The notes below the pieces were generated by a model. That model saw nothing but the letters and a program-made list of their open reading frames with translations, did not search any database and had not been told where the DNA came from. Source: Thiomonas sp. (GTDB lineage: Bacteria; Pseudomonadota; Gammaproteobacteria; Burkholderiales; Burkholderiaceae_C). From it: a stretch of DNA of 33,926 nucleotides. This document shows positions 27,640-33,926 of this stretch, piece after piece. The stretch is taken from assembly GCA_027451915.1 (NCBI GenBank), contig DAIDHU010000186.1:1-33926 (forward strand), read 5' to 3'. The translations under genes and the position numbers were made by a program. Position 1 is the stretch's first letter, and each line of letters opens with the position of its first letter.

Positions 27640-27732
27640 CCTCACCCATTCCGGTGAGGCGGCACCGCAGCCGCGAGGGAGCATCGATTCCCCGCGGCGA
27701 GGGATTCCGGCAGGGCCGGGGCTTCCTAGCAT
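27640..27732 (+). promoter_or_regulatory. fmdB-fmdA promoter: palindromic operator, GGGATTC element, -10 box
   Basis: CTCACCCATTCCGGTGAG (27641-27658; reverse complement 17/18 identical to 27084-27101), GGGATTC (27701-27707), TAGCAT (27727-27732). Confidence 0.7.
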
Positions 27733-27794
27733 CGATTCCAGGCCGGGCATGCGCCGAAGCAAGGGACGCGCGGCCCCATCGACCGGAGGAATCC

Positions 27795-28082
27795 ATGGCC
27801 CTGTACGAATACGTCTGCCGCACCCATGGTGCGTTCGAGATCCTGCGCCGCCTGGGCGAGGCCCCGCCCGACGCCGCCTGCCCGGTCTGCGACGGCACGG
27901 CCGCGCGCGTGATTTCCGCGCCCTCGCTGGTGCTCGGGCGTCGCGCCGCCTTGTTCACGGCCATCGAGGGGGCCCAGAAAAGCCGCCACGAACCCGAAGT
28001 AGTGACTTCGCTGCCACCCTCGGGAGCGCCGCGGCGGCAGCCGCGCATGACCCCCGAGCTGTGGAAGCTCCCCAGGCCCTGA
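27795..28082 (+). CDS. fmdB: FmdB-family zinc-ribbon regulatory protein
   Basis: MALYEYVCRTHGAFE...CPVC...ARVISAP...SRHEPEVV...KLPRP. GGAGG RBS; directly upstream of formamidase. Confidence 0.88.
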   Translation: MALYEYVCRTHGAFEILRRLGEAPPDAACPVCDGTAARVISAPSLVLGRRAALFTAIEGAQKSRHEPEVVTSLPPSGAPRRQPRMTPELWKLPRP

Positions 28083-28245
28083 AGCCGCCGGCGGCGGCAA
28101 GGCATCCACGCAACACCCCATCTCGCGACGCCGGCGGCGCAGGGTCGAGGCGGACCGGGGAAAGGAGGCACAAGCCAAGGCCACCCCAGGCATGGAATTC
28201 GGCAAGCGCAGTTCCCGTCACCCCCTATCGGACTGAGGTATCGAA

Positions 28246-29502
28246 ATGCCCAAGAACCTGTTCCCCCTCGACAACACCAAGAAATTCAAGGATCAGAAAA
28301 TCGTCGGCCACAACCGCTGGCACCCCGACATTCCCGCGGCGGCGCACGTCAAACCCGGCGATACCTTCCGCGCCGACTGCCGCGAGTGGTTCGACGGCGC
28401 GATCAAGAACGACGACTCGGCCGAGGACATGCGCAACGCCCCGCTGGCCGGGGTGCATGTGCTGTCCGGGCCCTTCCACGTCGAAGGCGCCGAACCGGGC
28501 GACCTGCTGGTGGTCGACATCCTGGAAATCGACTCCTGCGACCAGGAGGACTCGGGGCCCTTCTCCGGCATGGGCTGGGGCTACACCGGGGTGTTCGCCA
28601 ACAAGAACGGCGGAGGCTTCCTCACCGAGCGCTTCCCCGACGCCTACAAGGTGATCTGGGACTTCAACGGCGACGTGGCGACCTCGCGGCATATCCCCGA
28701 GGTCTCCTATGTGGGCATCCACCACCCGGGCCTGATGGGCACCGCTCCGTCGGCCGAACTCCTCGCCAGGTGGACCGCGCGGGAGAAGGCCCTGATCGCC
28801 ACCGACCCGATGCGCGTGCCTCCGCTGGCGCTGCCTCCGCTTCCCGACAGCGCCATCCTGGGCTCGCTGAGTGGAGCCGAGTTCGAGCGCGTGGCACGCG
28901 AGGCCGCGCGCACCGCGCCGCCGCGCGAGAACGGCGGCAACCAGGACATCAAGAACCTGACCGCCGGCAGCCGCATCTTCTACCCGGTATTCGTCCCCGG
29001 AGCAAAGCTGTCCTTCGGCGACCTGCACTTCTCCCAGGGCGACGGCGAGATCACCTTCTGCGGGGCGATCGAGATGGGCGGATTCATGGACCTGCACGTC
29101 GACATCATCAAGGGCGGCATGGCCAAGTACGGCATCCGCGAGAACGCCATGTTCATGCCGGGGCTGCGCGATCCGCAGTATTCGGAATGGCTGGCCTTCT
29201 CCGGCGTGTCGGTGCATCCCAACGGCAAGCAGCATTACCTGGACTCCTGGCTGGCCTACCAGAATGCCTGCAACCACGCGATCGATTACCTGATGAAGTT
29301 CGGATACACGGATATCCAGGCCTACATGATCCTGGGAACGGCTCCAGTCGAAGGGCGTCTGTCGGGTGTGGTCGACATTCCCAACGCCTGCTCGACCATC
29401 TATATCCCGCGTTCGATTTTCGAGTTCGACGTCAGGCCCAACGCCAAGGGACCGCTGCATCAGGTCAAGCAAGGCCTGCAGGTGCCGCGCTCGGCCAACT
29501 GA
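28246..29502 (+). CDS. fmdA: Formamidase / acetamidase (FmdA/AmdA family)
   Basis: HNRWHPDIP, HVLSGP, GAEPGDLLVVDI, PPRENGGNQDIKNL, GDLHFSQGDGEITFCGAIEM, GVVDIPNAC. Confidence 0.96.
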   Translation: MPKNLFPLDNTKKFKDQKIVGHNRWHPDIPAAAHVKPGDTFRADCREWFDGAIKNDDSAEDMRNAPLAGVHVLSGPFHVEGAEPGDLLVVDILEIDSCDQEDSGPFSGMGWGYTGVFANKNGGGFLTERFPDAYKVIWDFNGDVATSRHIPEVSYVGIHHPGLMGTAPSAELLARWTAREKALIATDPMRVPPLALPPLPDSAILGSLSGAEFERVAREAARTAPPRENGGNQDIKNLTAGSRIFYPVFVPGAKLSFGDLHFSQGDGEITFCGAIEMGGFMDLHVDIIKGGMAKYGIRENAMFMPGLRDPQYSEWLAFSGVSVHPNGKQHYLDSWLAYQNACNHAIDYLMKFGYTDIQAYMILGTAPVEGRLSGVVDIPNACSTIYIPRSIFEFDVRPNAKGPLHQVKQGLQVPRSAN

Positions 29503-29517
29503 GCCGCTACCCGCGAG

Positions 29518-29540
29518 GCGGGGATGCCGCGCATCCCCGC
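29518..29540 (+). other. GC-rich intra-operon stem-loop after fmdA
   Basis: GCGGGGATGC-CGC-GCATCCCCGC, a perfect 10-bp stem with no U-tract; probably an mRNA-stabilising or attenuating hairpin. Confidence 0.55.
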
Positions 29541-29624
29541 GAACCGAGGCCCCGCCTCAGCCGGGCCGCGCCGCGACGCGGGGCGGCCTGGATCATGCGC
29601 AGAAACACTTCCGGGGAGTTCGTC

Positions 29625-30137
29625 ATGCTGGGTCTGGTCTTGCTGTACGTGGGCGCTGTGCTCTGCCTGAACGGCCTGTGGCTGATCGGGCAGATCGGCG
29701 ACAACGAAATCGCGGTGATCGATGGGTTCGTAGGGGGCATCACCCTGCTGGTGTCGCTGTACCTGGCCTTCGGCCCCGGTTCCAACGACGCCAGCATCAA
29801 GGCGGCCGCCTTGACCCTGCTGTTCACCTTCACCTACTTCTGGGTGGCCATCAATCGCTACAACGGAGCCGACGGGCGCGGGCTGGGCTGGTTCTGCCTG
29901 TTCGTCGCCATCACCGCGGTGCCGGTGTCGGTGCAGACCCTGCAGGGCGCGACCACCCTGTGGGGGACCTGGCTGGGCCTGTGCTGGGCCGCCTGGGCCC
30001 TGCTGTGGCTGCTGTTCTGCATTCTCCTGGTGATGCAAAAGCCCATTGGCCGCTTCGTGGGCATGGTCACGGTACTCGAGGGCATCCTCACGGGCTGGCT
30101 GCCTGGCTATCTGCTGCTCAGCGGAATGCTGCACTGA
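29625..30137 (+). CDS. AmiS/UreI-family amide/urea channel
   Basis: MLGLVLLYVGAVLCLNGLW, LLFTFTYFWVA, DGRGLGWFCLFVA, WAAWALLW, TGWLPGYLLL; 6 TMs. It is the 3' end of the 28386..30137 ORF. Confidence 0.93.
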   Translation: MLGLVLLYVGAVLCLNGLWLIGQIGDNEIAVIDGFVGGITLLVSLYLAFGPGSNDASIKAAALTLLFTFTYFWVAINRYNGADGRGLGWFCLFVAITAVPVSVQTLQGATTLWGTWLGLCWAAWALLWLLFCILLVMQKPIGRFVGMVTVLEGILTGWLPGYLLLSGMLH

Positions 30138-30151
30138 AGGGAGACCGCGCG

Positions 30152-30397
30152 ATGCCGCTGTACGACTACTTCTGCGCGGACTGCGGGGGCTTCCGGAAAA
30201 TGGTGCGCATGGCCGACTCGGCCCATGCGCAACCATGCCCGCGCTGCGCCGTCCCGGCGCAGCGCATCCTGGTCAGTCCCTTTCTCGCCGGGCGCGGCGA
30301 CACGGGCGATGCCCCGGGCCCGAGGGTCCCGGGAGGTGGGGGCTCCTGGCGAAGCCTGTGCGGCTTCGGGTGCCCGCATTGCGCGGGCTCCGGCTGA
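30152..30397 (+). CDS. Second FmdB-family zinc-ribbon protein with extra C-terminal Cys cluster
   Basis: MPLYDYFCADCGGF...CPRC...QRILVSP...CGFGCPHC. GGAG RBS. It is the 3' end of the 29366..30397 ORF. Confidence 0.85.
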   Translation: MPLYDYFCADCGGFRKMVRMADSAHAQPCPRCAVPAQRILVSPFLAGRGDTGDAPGPRVPGGGGSWRSLCGFGCPHCAGSG

Positions 30398-30498
30398 ACG
30401 CCCGACCGGCGGCTGGGCCTGCGGAACCACCCTCGGCCGCCGCCATCGGACTGAATCGGGGGGCGCCCGCTCCAGGCATGCTGCTCGACACTCCAGGC

Positions 30499-31811
30499 TC
30501 AGGCTGCCGCGAGATGCGCAAGCAAGGCGTGGAAACCTTCCTGATTGAACGCGACGTTGATGGGAGGCGTCAGGCGGCTCGCCGCAGCCCCGAACATGTT
30601 GAGCGCCAGATCGAGCGTGCGCGAATGGGTGCTCGTCGAAGCGAGGCTCGCCCGCAACAGGCCTACGGCATCGGCGATGCGATCCAGAAACTCCTTTGGC
30701 AGTGCCGAGTAGACCTGCGCGCTGCGTTGACTGCGCAGGAGGAGGTCCTGCCAGAAGTCGGCCACGCAGCGCAGGTCGCGCAGCGCGGCACCGACCTTCA
30801 AGTCCGGGAAATAGTGGCTTCGACGGGCGAGTGCATCGCGCACCACCTCGGCCGACCAGAGCACCAGGTTCCCCAGAGTCGCCATGCGCGTGTACGCGGA
30901 ACCACCACCTTCGGCCGGCACGTGGGTCAGGGTCAGGCTGGACGCGAACAGGTTGAACAAGACGTCGCTGCGCATTTCCGTCATGTAGCGCATATTCGCG
31001 ATCCAGAAGATCGGGCTGGCTCCGGCGGTGGTGCGGTGATCGGCAAGCCAGCCTGAGGAATAGCTCCCTTGCTGGATGCGGGTGAAATCGTCGCTGCGAC
31101 GATGGATGATCGGCTTCGACCAATAGGCGTACGGAACCGGATGGTGGTGGAAATATGTCGACTGCTTGTACACCAGCGAATACACCGCTTCGCCGAAGTG
31201 ATACTGAAGCAGGCCCAGAAACACCTCCCGTGCCAGGAGATGGCAGCCCAGATAGGCCTGCCAGTCTATAGGGCCGTAGGTCGAGGTCATCGCCGCGTTG
31301 CCCAGGTTGGACGGCATGATCTCGCCGGCCGTCAGACTGCGCACCACGTTGTTGGCTGCCAGGTCGTCGCTGAGCTCGGTCAGCGCCGCGAGTCCCGCAT
31401 AGCGGCCATCGGGCAATTTCTGCTCGGACATCAGGTTCCATGCCAGGGCGCCCAGGCGATGCTGGACAAAATACTCGACCGCCTCCTGCAGCGCCCCCCA
31501 GTCGATCGTGTCGTGGCCCCCCACGCTGAAAACGATCGGCTTGAGCAAGCCGCCGAAGCCTGGACCCTGTAGAGGTTGTCCTCGCAGGCACCGAAATAGC
31601 GATCGTTGGCGACAACCACGACTTCATGGTCGCCCTGCGAGACAATCTCGGAGCGGTGCTGCCCGATGGTCTTGCGGTCGTTCAGCAGGAATACGAACTG
31701 GACCCCGAGATGCTCTCGTTGCGGCGATTGCAGGTAGTCCCGCACGATCCTCGAGTTGCGATGATCCTCGGTCGTCGGCACCAGGATGCTCAATTCGATG
31801 CGTTGCTTCAT
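30499..31811 (-). pseudogene. Divergent putative GT-A/GT2-like glycosyltransferase split by a 1-nt frameshift near 31559 (pseudogene or sequencing error)
   Basis: ATG 31811 overlaps the rfbE stop (ATGA). MKQRIELSILVPT...ACEDNLYRVQ continues in the next frame as FGGLLKPIVFSVGGHD... to the stop at 30499; 1313 nt + 1 = 438 codons. The GT call is inference from the N-terminal pattern and context. Confidence 0.6.
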
Positions 31812-32848
31812 GGAATATTCCGATCGCCCTTGCCGGCTTCCAACCATCCGATCATCGACTCCAGACCCGCGACGTAGCCTACTCGGGGCATCCAGTCGAA
31901 GCGCTCCTTCGCCTTCGAGATGTCCGCCACGAACACCTTCTGGTCGCTGCTGCGCGCCGGCCCTCGCGAGTAGCGCAATGCGACGCCGAGGCGGGTTCCG
32001 AGCCACTCGAACAATTCGAGCAAGGACAGGCTGTTGGACCAGCCGCCACCAATGTTGAAGGCCTCGCCGGCGCAGCGCTCGACGTTCTCCAGTGCCTGGA
32101 AGTAGCAGGCCACGAGATCACTGATGAACAGCACGTCTCGAACCTGCTTGCCCGTGCCGGCGATCGAGAACGCGGCAGCGTCGCGCGTGCGGCTCTGGCG
32201 CAGGGCCTGGTCCACGAACCAGCCGATCCAGCCCTGGTCGGAGGTACTGAACTGGCGACCTCCATACACGGAGGAGTGCCGAAACACCACGGTGCGCAAT
32301 CCGTACTGGCGGCGGTAGTCGAGCATGTACTGGTCCGCGGCCCCTTTCGAGCACCCATAGGGGGAACGAAAATCCAGCGGAACCTGCTCGTCGAATCCCT
32401 GCGGGTAGCCCGGGCGGACGTAGCGGGTCGACGTCTCCTCGTAGGCGAACTGCTCGAGATCTCCATAGACCTTGTTGGTCGAGGAGAAGAACACCGTGGC
32501 ATCGGGCGCCAGTGCACGAAGCGCTTCCAGCAGGTGCAGGGTCCCGGACACGTTGACTTCGAAATCCAGCCGGGGATTGGCCAGCGAGGTGGTCATGGCG
32601 ACCTGCCCGGCGACATGGAACACCACGTCCGGCGCAGCATGCCGAACGGCAGCCTCGACGTCGTCGCGACACCGCATGTCGCCGCAGCGAAAGTCCTGCA
32701 GGCCCAGCGTGCGCAGCCAGGCCAGGTTCTCGGTGCTGCCAGTGCGGCTCAGGTTGTCCAGAACGGTCACCCTTGCACCTCGGCTCAAGGCCTCGGCAGC
32801 GAGATTCGAACCGATGAAGCCACAACCTCCGGTGATCAGGTATCGCAT
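31808..32848 (-). CDS. rfbE: CDP-paratose 2-epimerase (CDP-tyvelose epimerase)
   Basis: MRYLITGGCGFIGSNLA, FHVAGQVAMTTS..NPRLDFEVN, SSTNKVYGDLEQF, SPYGCSKGAADQYMLDY, QFSTSDQGW, GKQVRDVL, SDQKVFVADISK. Confidence 0.9.
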   Translation of the reverse strand: MRYLITGGCGFIGSNLAAEALSRGARVTVLDNLSRTGSTENLAWLRTLGLQDFRCGDMRCRDDVEAAVRHAAPDVVFHVAGQVAMTTSLANPRLDFEVNVSGTLHLLEALRALAPDATVFFSSTNKVYGDLEQFAYEETSTRYVRPGYPQGFDEQVPLDFRSPYGCSKGAADQYMLDYRRQYGLRTVVFRHSSVYGGRQFSTSDQGWIGWFVDQALRQSRTRDAAAFSIAGTGKQVRDVLFISDLVACYFQALENVERCAGEAFNIGGGWSNSLSLLELFEWLGTRLGVALRYSRGPARSSDQKVFVADISKAKERFDWMPRVGYVAGLESMIGWLEAGKGDRNIP

Positions 32849-33738
32849 GATTTCAGCAGTTCTTTCTCGGACTCGATCATTCTCGCGAGGCCCTCGCGAA
32901 GACCGATGCGTGGATGCCACCCCAGCGCCAGCAGGGGCCCGAGTTCCGTACGAATGTCCATGACTTCTCCGCGACGATAGGGCAAGGCCCCGAAATCCAG
33001 GGCAGTGCTACGGTTGTCGGCAAGTTCGGCGGCCAGGGTGACGAAGTCGCGAATGCGCATCGGCGCTCCGGTGCCTACTTCATAGTGGAAATAGCCCCTG
33101 CCGAGGCCCTGCGCAGCGCCCAGCACCACCAGCATCGCCGAAACCACGTCGTCAACGTGAATGAAATCGCGCGTTTGCTCGCCCGCCGTCAGCTTGAGCC
33201 TGGGCTCCGCGCGAAGCAGGCGTTGCACGACGGTGGTCGTGAATTTGGTCGGATCGTCGCCAGCGCCGTAGAAATGCTGGAGCGCCACGTTGAGGCAGGT
33301 CATCTTGGTCGAGTAGGCCTTGAGCCAATCGACGAACTGGGCCTTGGACAGGGCGTAATTGCTGACCCCCTTGTCGAGCACCGTGTCGGTGTTCAGCAAG
33401 GCCGGCACTCCGGCGGTGGCGGCCGCGTGCAGAAGCTTGAGCGGCAGCAGGAGATTGGCCTCGATGGTGTCCAGCGGTCCGACCGCGCGCCGACCGTAAC
33501 TGGTCGCGCAGTGCACGACGGCGTCCACTGGATTGCTCGCGAAAAAGGCCTCGAAGTCGACGCCCACCGCATCCACCCATGCGATGCTGGCCTCGATGTC
33601 CTCCAGGCGGTCGACACGCGAGTGCGCGCGCCGCAGACAATAGACGTTGCTACCGCCGGCCACCAGTGCGCGCACGAGGCGGCCGCCCAGATACCCCGTT
33701 GCGCCCGTGACAAAAAAAGTCTTTCCGGCCTCTAGCAA
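32836..33738 (-). CDS. CDP-3,6-dideoxyhexose 4-reductase (CDP-paratose synthase RfbS / abequose synthase RfbJ-like SDR)
   Basis: VTGATGYLG, HCATSYGR, EANLLLPLKLL, NTDT, YALSK, HFYGAGDDPTKF, GEQTRDFIHVDD, FGALPYR. TTG start at 33738 after GGAG (alternative ATG 33777). Confidence 0.82.
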   Translation of the reverse strand: MLEAGKTFFVTGATGYLGGRLVRALVAGGSNVYCLRRAHSRVDRLEDIEASIAWVDAVGVDFEAFFASNPVDAVVHCATSYGRRAVGPLDTIEANLLLPLKLLHAAATAGVPALLNTDTVLDKGVSNYALSKAQFVDWLKAYSTKMTCLNVALQHFYGAGDDPTKFTTTVVQRLLRAEPRLKLTAGEQTRDFIHVDDVVSAMLVVLGAAQGLGRGYFHYEVGTGAPMRIRDFVTLAAELADNRSTALDFGALPYRRGEVMDIRTELGPLLALGWHPRIGLREGLARMIESEKELLKSCDT

Positions 33739-33880
33739 GGACGCGCTCCATCGCGATGTCGCTTTCGATCGGAACATAGTACGGCACGAGTCCGCCGGAC
33801 TTGACAGCCAAGTGATCCGCCTGGAGCGCATGGAGCGTGACGGGCCCGTGGAGCGAAGGGCGAACGTCAAGGGGACGGGG

Positions 33881-33925
33881 TCAGAAGGAATAGCTCAGAC
33901 CCGCCGATGCGGTCCAGCGCGGGAG
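33881..33925 (-). CDS. C-terminus of an outer-membrane beta-barrel protein (partial)
   Basis: Minus strand reads LPRWTASAGLSYSF-TGA: an alternating amphipathic last strand with terminal Phe (beta-signal). Only 14 codons are visible. Confidence 0.6.
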   Translation of the reverse strand, partial: LPRWTASAGLSYSF

Positions 33926-33926
33926 A

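Noticed and set aside
27680-27739. 12-bp direct repeat AGCATCGATTCC (27680 and 27728)
   Set aside because: It overlaps promoter elements already described, and there is no mobile element for which it could be a target-site duplication.
28084-28138. GCCGCCGGCG/CGCCGGCGGC inverted repeat between fmdB and fmdA
   Set aside because: Pure-GC arms are expected by chance at this composition, and there is no further support for an RNA element.
28386-30137. 583-aa ORF seemingly fusing a long N-terminus to AmiS/UreI (likewise 19489..21216, 29366..30397, 721..2055, 2115..3416)
   Set aside because: The N-terminal parts overlap other genes off-frame. Each real gene has its own internal start, mostly with a clear RBS.
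1-33926. Mobile elements, prophage, defence systems, tRNA/rRNA, CRISPR
   Set aside because: No transposase, integrase, phage, nuclease or cas motifs and no structured-RNA signatures were recognised by eye.

Overview
A GC-rich, gene-dense chromosomal segment with about 30 CDS. Its proteins look betaproteobacterial (Burkholderiales-like, possibly an acid-habitat organism; this is inference). I found no rRNA, tRNA, CRISPR array, transposase or integrase. Left to right: an arfB-MOSC-DUF488 operon, GST, a DUF3141 Cys-hydrolase plus HDOD pair, a LysR/MFS/Old-Yellow-Enzyme unit, and a polar amino-acid ABC operon with one permease frameshifted. Next come a GlxA-type AraC regulator facing a lipoprotein lipase across clear tandem operator repeats, a PAS-PAS-(degenerate GGDEF)-EAL protein, and an uncharacterised DUF1611 P-loop / alpha-beta hydrolase / MFS operon behind a Pho-box-like AT-rich promoter. 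The most interesting block is 21653-30397. It holds a permease-like/Cys-rich histidine kinase with a REC-(degenerate EAL) partner, a LuxR-type regulator, a fluoride channel (crcB), and fmdB-fmdA-amiS/ureI-fmdB. crcB and the formamidase operon share a near-identical promoter architecture built on an 18-bp palindrome. The window ends with a CDP-paratose/tyvelose module plus a frameshifted putative glycosyltransferase, and the C-terminus of an outer-membrane beta-barrel gene. All calls come from reading motifs by eye; no database searches were run.
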